Shown one piece after another: positions 1 through 8,006 of a stretch of 64,000 nt of DNA (positions within the stretch are counted from its first letter, which is position 1; each line of letters begins with the position of its first letter). Location of the stretch: assembly GCA_964481655.1 (NCBI GenBank), contig CAYZVO010000015.1, positions 789-64,788 on the forward strand, given 5' to 3'. Under the pieces are notes generated by a model. It worked only from the letters and a program-made list of their open reading frames with translations. It did not search any database and had not been told where the DNA came from. The stretch is from an uncultured Enterobacterales bacterium. GTDB lineage: Bacteria; Myxococcota_A; UBA796; JAFGLY01. A program made the position numbers and the translations under genes.

Positions 1-1
1 G

Positions 2-1093
2 GCCAGTGACGCCCTGACGGTCCTCGAGGCCGAGCTGCCGACGGGCGAGCCGGTGGCCGCGGTGCTGGTGGAGGACGGCCTGCAGGTCGAGGGGCGCCCG
101 GCGCTCATCCTGTCTCAGGAGCAGCTGCAGACTGCGGTGGCGGCGGGCACGCTGGACCAGCAGCAGGTGCGCTGGCTCAAGCCCAAGGCCACGGCCCTGC
201 CCCCCAACCCCCACGCCACCACCGACTTCACCGCCTACACCCTGCAGCCCGGCGAGCTCAAGGTCGGCCTGCTGACCGTCGGCGCAGGCATCCTGCCCAA
301 TGTGCAGGTGACCGCCATGCCGGCGCTCTACCTGGCTGGCGTGCCCAACTTCAGCGCCAAGGTCAACGCCATCCAGGTGGGCCCCCTGGCCCTGGCCGTG
401 ACCGGCAACCGTCACTGGTTGAAGCAGGAGACCTTCCGGGCGGCCTACACCGGCGTCGGTGGCATGGCCTCCCTGAAGGTGGCGAACGCCTGGTCCATCC
501 ACGGCGGCTTCAGCTACGCGGGCCTGTCCGCCAAGGGCGCCCCCGATCTCTGCGCCCTCTCTCCGCTGCTGACCGACGTCGGCACGGTGAGCGCGGCCTG
601 CGGGGCCATCGAGGACAGCAACCCCCAGCCCATCTCCAACAGCGGCTCGGCCTTCGGCCTCGAGGGCAACGACGTCTACGGCGAGATGATGACGGTGCGG
701 GCGGCGACGGACATCCGCTTCAACCGCCGCGACAGCATCATCATCCAGGCCTCGGCCGTGCCCTTCGCGCGGCTGCAGGTGAACGAGAGCATCGATCTCC
801 CCGAGATCGCCCAGCTGGACGAGGTCCTGGCCTTCGACGGTCGTGTGCCCCTGGACACCATGTACACCGCCAGCATCGCCTGGCAGATGGCCTGGAAGAA
901 CGTGCACCTGCGGGTGGGCGGTGGTGTCTCCAGCCTGCCCCTGGCCTGGTTGACTCAGACCACCGAGCTGTCGGTGCGCTTCGGCGGCAAGGACCGCTGG
1001 CAGCGTGGGAAGCAGCAGCGCACCTGGCGGGAGAACCGGCGCGAGCTGCGGCAGGGCCTGGACGAGGACGCGCTGGCGGCCAACGAGGGCTAG
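2..1093 (+). CDS. hypothetical protein, 5' end probably outside the window
   Basis: The frame is open from nt 2 with GC-rich third positions before the GTG at 53 (ORF track 53..1093). I recognise no catalytic motif. It is Gly/Ala/Val-rich with alternating stretches, so possibly a beta-rich envelope protein. Confidence 0.55.
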   Translation, partial: ASDALTVLEAELPTGEPVAAVLVEDGLQVEGRPALILSQEQLQTAVAAGTLDQQQVRWLKPKATALPPNPHATTDFTAYTLQPGELKVGLLTVGAGILPNVQVTAMPALYLAGVPNFSAKVNAIQVGPLALAVTGNRHWLKQETFRAAYTGVGGMASLKVANAWSIHGGFSYAGLSAKGAPDLCALSPLLTDVGTVSAACGAIEDSNPQPISNSGSAFGLEGNDVYGEMMTVRAATDIRFNRRDSIIIQASAVPFARLQVNESIDLPEIAQLDEVLAFDGRVPLDTMYTASIAWQMAWKNVHLRVGGGVSSLPLAWLTQTTELSVRFGGKDRWQRGKQQRTWRENRRELRQGLDEDALAANEG

Positions 1094-1143
1094 GCCTGGC
1101 GGGAGCCTGTACGGAGCGGCCCATCGGCGGATAGGGCCTGTGT

Positions 1144-1908
1144 ATGTCCTCCGTCCCCCACCTCGAGCGCCTGGGGGCCCTGGTCGCGTCCGGGCCCACC
1201 CCGCTGTTCGCCACCGTCAGCGGGGCGCACCTCTACGGCTTCGACTCGCCGGACAGCGACGTGGATCTGCGCGGCGCCTTCGTGCTCCCCATCGAGGCCC
1301 GGCTCGGGCTGCGCAAGGTCGAGGAGACCCACGAAGCCATGTGGGACGACGACGGGCTCGAGCTGGACTGGGTCGCCCACGACGTGCGCAAGTTCGTGCG
1401 GCTGATGACCCGGCGCAACGGTTACGTCCTCGAGCAGCTGCTCTCCCCCCTGGTGGTGCACAGCGGGCCGCTGCACCAGGAGCTGGTCGCTCTGGGCGAG
1501 GGCTGCATCATCCGGCACCTCTACCACCACTACCGGGGCTTCTTGAAGACCCAGCGGGGCCTGCTCGCCAAGCACGAACCCACGGTCAAGGCGATGCTCT
1601 ACGCCTACCGGGTTGCGCTGACGGGGATCTTCGTGCTCCGGACCGGTCGCATCGAGGCCCACCTGCCCACCTTGTTGGACGCGCTGCCCCAGCCCGGGGT
1701 CGGCGAGCTGGTGGAGCGCAAGCGCGGCGGCGCCGAGAAGCAGCCGCTGAGGCGCGGGGAGGCCGCCGCCCACAGCCGGCGGCTCGACGCCCTCGAGCTG
1801 GAGCTGGCGGCGGCCTTCGAGGACAGCCAGCTGCCCGACGAGGTCGCTGACATCGACGCCCTGGACGCCTACGTGATCCGCGTGAGCAAGGAGCTGGGCG
1901 GTGGCTGA
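1144..1908 (+). CDS. Pol-beta superfamily nucleotidyltransferase, RlaP (PF10127)-like, paralog 1
   Basis: 254-aa ORF. N-terminal motif VSGAHLYGFDSPDSDVDLRG matches the GS-x-x-G ... SD-x-D signature of the 'predicted nucleotidyltransferase' family. High GC3. Confidence 0.8.
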   Translation: MSSVPHLERLGALVASGPTPLFATVSGAHLYGFDSPDSDVDLRGAFVLPIEARLGLRKVEETHEAMWDDDGLELDWVAHDVRKFVRLMTRRNGYVLEQLLSPLVVHSGPLHQELVALGEGCIIRHLYHHYRGFLKTQRGLLAKHEPTVKAMLYAYRVALTGIFVLRTGRIEAHLPTLLDALPQPGVGELVERKRGGAEKQPLRRGEAAAHSRRLDALELELAAAFEDSQLPDEVADIDALDAYVIRVSKELGGG

Positions 1909-2761
1909 GTTCTGGGAGACCGGGCTGATCCTGCGGGTGCTGGCCGGGAGCCGGGCCCATGGGCTGGACACGCCACAGAGCGACACGGACACCCGCGGGG
2001 TGTGCATCCCGCCCCGGCGCTACCTGCTGGGGCTGTCCAGCTTCGAGCAGCACGTGAGCGAGGACGGCGACCACGTGGTCTGGTCCCTGCGCAAGTTCGT
2101 GTCCCTGGCCTGCAAGGGCAACCCGAACATCATCGAGGTGCTCTACACCGATCCGGTCCATCAGCTCCACCTCGATCCCCTCGGCGAGCGCCTGCTGGCA
2201 CAGCGCGGGCTGTTCCTGACCAAGCAGGTCGGGGTGAGCTTCGTGCGCTACGCCCAGCAGCAGCTGGGGCGCATCGAGCGGCACTATCGCTGGCTGGCCT
2301 CGCCACCGGAGGCCCAGCCCCAGCCTGCGGAGTTCGGCGGGTTCGAGCGCGCCGGTGGGTACCGCTTCCCCGACACCGCGGCCGAGAAGGCCTACCGGGC
2401 GGCCATGAAGCACTGGACGGCCTACCGGACCTGGCGCCGGGATCGCAACCCGGCCCGCGCCGCCCTCGAGGCTCAGCACGGCTACGACACCAAGCACGCC
2501 ATGCACCTGTGCCGGCTGCTGAACATGGGGCGGGAGATCCTGGTCGAGGGCGAGGTGCGGGTGCTGCGCCCCGACGCCGCCTGGCTCCGCGGGGTGCGCG
2601 GCGGGACGCTGGACTACCCGGATCTGCTGGCCTGGGCCCAGGCCCAGGTCGATGAGCTGCCGGTGCTGGCCGCGGCCTCGTCGCTGCCCGACGAACCGGA
2701 TCGGGGCGCGGCGGAGGCGCTGGTCATCGAGCTGCACGAGCGCTTCCTGGAGCGTGCCTGA
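1901..2761 (+). CDS. Pol-beta superfamily nucleotidyltransferase, RlaP (PF10127)-like, paralog 2
   Basis: 286-aa ORF starting at GTG 1901, overlapping the upstream stop by 8 nt. Motif AGSRAHGLDTPQSDTDTRG. Same family as the upstream gene but diverged. Confidence 0.8.
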   Translation: MAEFWETGLILRVLAGSRAHGLDTPQSDTDTRGVCIPPRRYLLGLSSFEQHVSEDGDHVVWSLRKFVSLACKGNPNIIEVLYTDPVHQLHLDPLGERLLAQRGLFLTKQVGVSFVRYAQQQLGRIERHYRWLASPPEAQPQPAEFGGFERAGGYRFPDTAAEKAYRAAMKHWTAYRTWRRDRNPARAALEAQHGYDTKHAMHLCRLLNMGREILVEGEVRVLRPDAAWLRGVRGGTLDYPDLLAWAQAQVDELPVLAAASSLPDEPDRGAAEALVIELHERFLERA

Positions 2762-2804
2762 TCCCTGCGGCGCCTGCGGTGCTGGGCTGTGGCATCATCC
2801 GGGT

Positions 2805-4121
2805 GTGCGCTCCCTCTCCCTCATCGTGCTGCTCGCCGCCTGTCGTCCCACCGGGACGGTGCTGCCCGCGGACAGCGACCCGCCCGAGACCCGGGACACC
2901 CAGCCCGGCGACAGCGGTGTGGAGACCATCCCCGACGCCTGGGAGCCCCCGGTCTACGACCCCGACGCGCTGCCGGCGGACGTACCTCGGGTGAGCATCG
3001 TCATCGACGCCGACGCCATCGCGCGGCTGGACGCCGATCCCTTCCACGCCGCGGACGAGCGCGGGGTGTTCATCGACGAGGACGGAGTGTCCCACGAGGT
3101 CGACCTCAGCTACCGCGGCGCCTACGCGCTGCTGTCGCTGATCACCTACTACGACCTTCGAAACTGGAAGATCAAGTTCGACGGCGACGACCGCTACCAC
3201 GACCGCCGCGAGTGGAACTTCAACTACGAGCCCCACTTCAACCAGAAGCTGGCCTACGACCTGATGCGCTTCGCCGGGGTGGCCGTGCCCGGGGCCCAGC
3301 ACGTCGTCCTCGAGGTCAACGGCGTCTACCAGGGGCTGTACCTGCGCTACGAGGACCCCGACAACACCCACTGGCTGCGGGACCAGTTCGGCGACGACGA
3401 CGGGGAGCTGTACAAGGCGGCCTACGACCTGCCCTACGAGACCCAGTACTTCGCGGATCTCACGGTGCTGGGGGCGTCCGACGAGGACTACCTGCTGCAC
3501 TACAACAAGAAGATGGGCGCCGAGGAGGATGGCTACGCGGCGCTGCGGGCCTTCATCGACGAGCTGAACGGGGTGAGCGACGCCGACTTCCCCGCGTGGC
3601 TGGAGGCCCATGTGGATGTGGAGCGCCTGCGCTCCTACCTGGTGGTCTCGAACTTCATGGCCAACTGGGACTCCTACCCCCAGCGCCCCAAGAACTACTG
3701 GCTCTACCTGGACCCCCGCTCGGGGCGCGTGGCCTACATCCCCTGGGACATGGACGCGACCTTCTCCCCCTGGACCGACAGCACCTACAACCAGATGGGC
3801 ACGGACGTGTCGGTGCTCTACAACCTGACGGAGCAGGAGTACGACCCACCCCATGTCGACGAGGGCTGGGAGCGCCCGCTGGTGCACCGCATGATGGCCC
3901 GCGAAGACCAGCGGGCCGCCTACCTCGCGCGCTACCGGGAGCTGTCGGGCTCCATCCTGTCCGCCGGCTACCTGTTGGCGCGGATCGACGCCCTCGACGC
4001 GCTGGTGCAGCCGGAGATCTCGGCGACGGATCGCGGGCGGCTCGACAGCTACCGCAGCCAGATCCGCAGCTTCGTGCAGCAGCGCACTGCGGTGGTGGAA
4101 GACGAGCTCGCCGGGTTGTAG
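2805..4121 (+). CDS. CotH family protein (atypical kinase fold), predicted lipoprotein
   Basis: In-frame GTG at 2805 gives VRSLSLIVLLAAC (lipobox). The body (SYRGAYALL..NWKIKFD..NFNYEPHFNQKLAYDLMRFAGV..VNGVYQGLYL..YKA) looks like the CotH domain. The upstream part of track ORF 2652..4121 overlaps the preceding gene and is Arg/Cys-rich junk. Confidence 0.75.
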   Translation: MRSLSLIVLLAACRPTGTVLPADSDPPETRDTQPGDSGVETIPDAWEPPVYDPDALPADVPRVSIVIDADAIARLDADPFHAADERGVFIDEDGVSHEVDLSYRGAYALLSLITYYDLRNWKIKFDGDDRYHDRREWNFNYEPHFNQKLAYDLMRFAGVAVPGAQHVVLEVNGVYQGLYLRYEDPDNTHWLRDQFGDDDGELYKAAYDLPYETQYFADLTVLGASDEDYLLHYNKKMGAEEDGYAALRAFIDELNGVSDADFPAWLEAHVDVERLRSYLVVSNFMANWDSYPQRPKNYWLYLDPRSGRVAYIPWDMDATFSPWTDSTYNQMGTDVSVLYNLTEQEYDPPHVDEGWERPLVHRMMAREDQRAAYLARYRELSGSILSAGYLLARIDALDALVQPEISATDRGRLDSYRSQIRSFVQQRTAVVEDELAGL

Positions 4122-4133
4122 CGGGCCGCCCGT

Positions 4134-4826
4134 TCAGCCCAGCACGGTCCCGACGTAGAGCCAGGCGGCGCCGAAGCCCATGGGTTGGGGGTCGTCCACC
4201 CGCATCCCCGCCTCGCGCATCATCGCCGCGAAGACATCGGGGGCGGGGAAGGCTGCCACCGAGCGCTGCAGGTAGCGGTACTCCTGGGCGCCCGACAGCA
4301 AGGCTCCTACCCGGGGCACCACCTGGCGGATGTGGAAGCGGACGCCGCGGGCGAGCAGGCCCGAGCGGGGCTCGCCCAATTCGAGCACCACCACCCGGCC
4401 GCCGGGGCGGGTCACCCTGGCCATCTCGGCCAGGCCCAGGGCTCTGTCGGGCACGTTGCGGATGCCGAAGGCGATGCAGCTGGCGGCGACATGGTCGTCG
4501 TCGAAGGGCAGGGCCTGGGCGTCGCCCTCGCGCAGCTCGATCCGATGGGCGAGGCCGGCCTCGGCCACCTTGTCGCGGCCCACCGCCAGCATCCCGGCGC
4601 TGGGGTCCACGCCCACGATGGAGGCGTCGCCATGGGCGCGGGCGATGTCCAGGGCCACATCGCCGGTGCCGGTGGCCAGATCGAGCACGGTGTCGCCGGG
4701 GTCGATGGCCATGGCGCGGACCAGCGCCCGTCGCCAGCCCCGGTCGAGACCCAGGGAGAGCACGCGGTTGAGCAGGTCGTAGCGCGCCGCGATGGCGTCG
4801 AACATGGCGCCGCTGCCGTCGGTCAT
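4134..4826 (-). CDS. ubiE: demethylmenaquinone / ubiquinone C-methyltransferase (UbiE/MenG)
   Basis: FDAIAARYDLLNRVLSLGLDRGWRR, SAM motif VLDLATGTGD, AFGIRNV, and YLQRSV near the C-terminus are classic UbiE/MenG blocks. AAGGAG lies 5 nt upstream of the ATG. Confidence 0.9.
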   Translation of the reverse strand: MTDGSGAMFDAIAARYDLLNRVLSLGLDRGWRRALVRAMAIDPGDTVLDLATGTGDVALDIARAHGDASIVGVDPSAGMLAVGRDKVAEAGLAHRIELREGDAQALPFDDDHVAASCIAFGIRNVPDRALGLAEMARVTRPGGRVVVLELGEPRSGLLARGVRFHIRQVVPRVGALLSGAQEYRYLQRSVAAFPAPDVFAAMMREAGMRVDDPQPMGFGAAWLYVGTVLG

Positions 4827-4935
4827 GGGGGCTCCTTGGCGGGGCGGGGCTCTATCCGGGGTGCGGCCTGGCGTCCCGGGAGGTGACGGCGCGGTGTGCC
4901 TGTGGTGTCCTGTTCATCACGGACCGAAGGAGCCC

Positions 4936-6423
4936 ATGCGACGCGGACCCCTGCTGCTCATCGCCCTCGCCTCGTGCGGTGGCAAGCTGGACCTGCCTCC
5001 GCCCGATGGCCTGCCTGACCAGGTCTGGTTCCGGGACGCGGAGCACGGCTTCAACCGTGACTGGTCCGTCGCGCTGCGCGATGGCCGCATCTGGGTGAAG
5101 CCCAGCGATAGGAGTGGAGACTGGGAGCTGCTGGGGGACACGGGCGTGCCCGAGGGGGGCAAGCTGGTGAACTTCGATCCCCCCAGCGCCGTCAGCTCGA
5201 TCTCAGTGGACGGCACCTGGGTCCACGCGATCTCGACCGACGGAACAATCTATCGGGGGGCAGATATGAGGACGGGCCTTCGCGGCCGGTTCTCGTGGAC
5301 CGATCGCTGGGGCTGGCCCGCGGCGTGGGGCGACGGCCTGACCCTGGATGAGCCCGTGCACCGGGGCTGGTCGGTGAGCGACAGCCACCCCTTCGACGTA
5401 GATCACTACAGCGACATCTTCGGGCAGGAGCACAGCGTCGGCCTGGGTGTGGCCCACGTCTACCGGGCCAGCCCCGACGGCCCCCGCATCCACTGGAACG
5501 ACTGGTGGCTGCCGGCGGACTGGAGCCGCCAGGTCTGCACGCCCGAGCGTGGCGGGCTGCGCATCCTGAGCATGAGCGCTTCGGGCTCCACCCTGTTCGT
5601 GCTCACCGAGGACGGGGGGCTCTGGACCCGGTTGTGGGACTTCGACACCGCCGGTGAGAACGACACGCTGACCTACAGCTACCTCGAGGACAACGTCTCC
5701 CGCTCGGTGCGAGGCCTGCCCGCCGAGCCCTGGCTGAGGCAGCCCGCGATCCCCGCAGGGCGCGTCACCGACCGCATCACCGTCTTCCAGGACGGCGAGG
5801 GCAACGCCGCTCGGGTGCTGCGGGTGGAGGGGACGCTGGACGGCGCCCACGGGCTGTTCGAGAAGCGCATCGACGCGGCCTCCTGGAGCTTCGTGGAGAC
5901 GGGGCAGCCCCTCGGGGGGCGCTTCGTGGACGAGCGCGGCGTCGGCCTCCCCACGCCGGAGCCCCGCGGGGTGGGTCTCGCCGGTGTCCTCGGTCGCGAG
6001 GGCCACGACAGCGAGCTCGAGCTGGCGCTGCTCGACTACGACCTCTTCTGCGCGCCGAGCACGGTGGAGCTGCTCCACGACGGCGCGCCTGTCACCGTGG
6101 ACGGCGCGCCCCTGGGCCTGGAGCTGCACCTGGTTCACGCCATGTTGGACGAGGTCCGGGGGCAGGACTGGTGGCAGGCTGGGGACCTCGGCCCGGTGCG
6201 GGCGGCCCTGCTGCTGCCCGACGAGCTGTCCCTGATCGACGATCCCGATGTCCGCGGGGCGGTGCTCGGGCTGCTCGGGGATCGGGCGGTCATCAACTTC
6301 CGGGGCGAGGCCAGCGCGACGGGGCTGACCCTCGAGGAGATCCCCCGCGGCGATCTCTTCCATGTCCCCCGCAGCGAAAAGGGCCGCGACGGAGAGCTGT
6401 TCCTGCTCGAGGCGGGCGGCTGA
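4936..6423 (+). CDS. hypothetical lipoprotein
   Basis: AAGGAG RBS followed by ATG 4936. MRRGPLLLIALASCGG lipobox. High GC3 across about 495 aa. No motif recognised. Confidence 0.7.
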   Translation: MRRGPLLLIALASCGGKLDLPPPDGLPDQVWFRDAEHGFNRDWSVALRDGRIWVKPSDRSGDWELLGDTGVPEGGKLVNFDPPSAVSSISVDGTWVHAISTDGTIYRGADMRTGLRGRFSWTDRWGWPAAWGDGLTLDEPVHRGWSVSDSHPFDVDHYSDIFGQEHSVGLGVAHVYRASPDGPRIHWNDWWLPADWSRQVCTPERGGLRILSMSASGSTLFVLTEDGGLWTRLWDFDTAGENDTLTYSYLEDNVSRSVRGLPAEPWLRQPAIPAGRVTDRITVFQDGEGNAARVLRVEGTLDGAHGLFEKRIDAASWSFVETGQPLGGRFVDERGVGLPTPEPRGVGLAGVLGREGHDSELELALLDYDLFCAPSTVELLHDGAPVTVDGAPLGLELHLVHAMLDEVRGQDWWQAGDLGPVRAALLLPDELSLIDDPDVRGAVLGLLGDRAVINFRGEASATGLTLEEIPRGDLFHVPRSEKGRDGELFLLEAGG

Positions 6424-6482
6424 ACCTGACGGTGATCACGCTGGAAAGGTCAACGGGAATAGATGCGCGTGGCACTACGTAT

Positions 6483-6515
6483 GGGGGACGACCTCCGCGC
6501 GCGGGGGTCGCCCCC
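6483..6515 (+). terminator. candidate intrinsic terminator hairpin
   Basis: GGGGGACGACC ... GGTCGCCCCC: a 10-bp GC-rich stem with one bulged A and a 12-nt loop, followed by GTCTGTTCTCG. It lies 60 nt after the stop at 6423. The U-tract is weak. Confidence 0.35.
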
Positions 6516-6614
6516 GTCTGTTCTCGCCCTGCTCCCCACAGTCCCTGCGGTCCGCTCCGCCCCCTCTACTAAGGGCGTGATACGGGCCCAGGCCCCTCTC
6601 CCCGCTGGTGTTCC

Positions 6615-7991
6615 ATGCGCCGTTCACTCTCGATGTTGGTGGCTCTGACCCTGCTGCTCGCGGCCTGTGGAGGCGGTGGCGGGGACGGCAAGAACGGGCA
6701 TGGCGGTCCCGACGGCGGAGACGACACCCCGCCCCCCGATCCTCGCACATTGGTCGAAGCGGTCGAGGTCACCACCGGTGCTGTGGGCCAGTACGTGGTC
6801 AGCTCGGCGGTGGTGGAGTCCGAGGCCGCTGTGGACCTGCTGCCCGAGACCAACGGCGTGGTCACGGCGGTCAAGGTCGAGGAAGGCGACGCGGTGAGCA
6901 AGGGCCAGGTGCTGGCCGTCATCGAGAATCCCAACCTCGAGGCCACCATGGAGCGGGCCCGGGCCGAGCTCGAGCGGGTCGAGCAGAGCTACGGTGAGAT
7001 CCAGCGCCTGCGGGAGGCCAACGCGGTCAGCGAGCGCGAACTGCTCGACGCTCACCACGCCCTGGTCACCGCCCGGACCTCCTTCGACGAGGCCCAGCGC
7101 ATGGGCGCGACCACCCGCCTGGTCAGCCCCATCAGCGGCCACGTGGCCGCCCGGACCATCAAGTACGGCCAGCTGGTCAGCTCCGCTGTGCCCGCCTTCC
7201 AGGTCGTGGACCTCGACGAGCTGCGAGTCGTGGCCCAGCTGCCCGAGCGGGACCTGGCCCGCATCCGGGTGGGGCAGCCCGCTCAGCTGGTGCCGGTCTA
7301 CGACGAAGACGTGGTGGTGCCCGGTGAGGTCCTGCGGCTCTCCCCGGTGGTGAACTCCCAGACCGGAACCTTCCGAGTCACGGTCGCGCCTGTGGGTGAC
7401 GCCCAGCTGCTGCGCCCAGGCCAGTTCGTCTCGGTGCGCATCCAGGTGGACCACCACGAGGACACCCTGGTCCTGCCCCGCCGCGCGGTGCTCTACGATC
7501 GCGGCGAGCCCTATGTCTTCCGGGTCGAAGAGGTCCCGGACGAGGAGGGCGAGGACGAGGCCGAGGATGAGGCCGACGAGGACGAGGAAGAAGAGGACGA
7601 GGCCGAGCCCGGCTTCGTGGACAAGATCAAGGCCAAGATCGCCGAGATCCAGGAGAAGATGGCCCAGGCCCAGGGCATGGGCGGCGGCGAAGAGGAAGAG
7701 CCGCTCCCCGGGCCCAAGCGCCAGGCCTCCAAGGTCGACATCGAGCTGGGCTTCCTGGAGGTCGAGACCGTCGAGGTGATCGGCGGCCTCGAGGTGGGTG
7801 AGCTGGTGGTCAGCCTGGGCCACGAAGCCCTGCGGGACGAAGCCCGGGTGCGCCTGCCCGAAGACCTGAGCATGGCCGAGATCATGGAGCAGCGGAAGGC
7901 CGAAGCCGAGGCCGAAGAGGCCGCGGCGAAGGCCGAAGAAGACGGCGATGACGCCGGCGACGGTGACGACGCAGCGGCCGGCGACGAGTAG
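6615..7991 (+). CDS. efflux RND transporter periplasmic adaptor (MFP/HlyD family), lipoprotein, with an acidic insertion
   Basis: MRRSLSMLVALTLLLAACGG lipobox. Lipoyl-like hairpin GVVTAVKVEEGDAVSKGQVLAVIEN, a coiled coil, and RPGQFVSVRI beta-barrel blocks. There is an extra Glu/Asp-rich segment around nt 7527-7722 and an acidic C-terminal tail. Confidence 0.85.
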   Translation: MRRSLSMLVALTLLLAACGGGGGDGKNGHGGPDGGDDTPPPDPRTLVEAVEVTTGAVGQYVVSSAVVESEAAVDLLPETNGVVTAVKVEEGDAVSKGQVLAVIENPNLEATMERARAELERVEQSYGEIQRLREANAVSERELLDAHHALVTARTSFDEAQRMGATTRLVSPISGHVAARTIKYGQLVSSAVPAFQVVDLDELRVVAQLPERDLARIRVGQPAQLVPVYDEDVVVPGEVLRLSPVVNSQTGTFRVTVAPVGDAQLLRPGQFVSVRIQVDHHEDTLVLPRRAVLYDRGEPYVFRVEEVPDEEGEDEAEDEADEDEEEEDEAEPGFVDKIKAKIAEIQEKMAQAQGMGGGEEEEPLPGPKRQASKVDIELGFLEVETVEVIGGLEVGELVVSLGHEALRDEARVRLPEDLSMAEIMEQRKAEAEAEEAAAKAEEDGDDAGDGDDAAAGDE

Positions 7992-8006
7992 GTCGGGGGC
8001 ATCACG

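Noticed and set aside
2789-4771. 660-aa plus-strand Arg/Pro/Gly-rich ORF overlapping the CotH and ubiE regions
   Set aside because: It is an alternate frame of CotH and antisense of ubiE. The composition is an artefact.
6467-6485. TGGCAC at 6467-6472 upstream of the RND operon as a sigma-54 -24 box
   Set aside because: There is no TTGC-type -12 element at the required distance; the sequence there is ATGGG.
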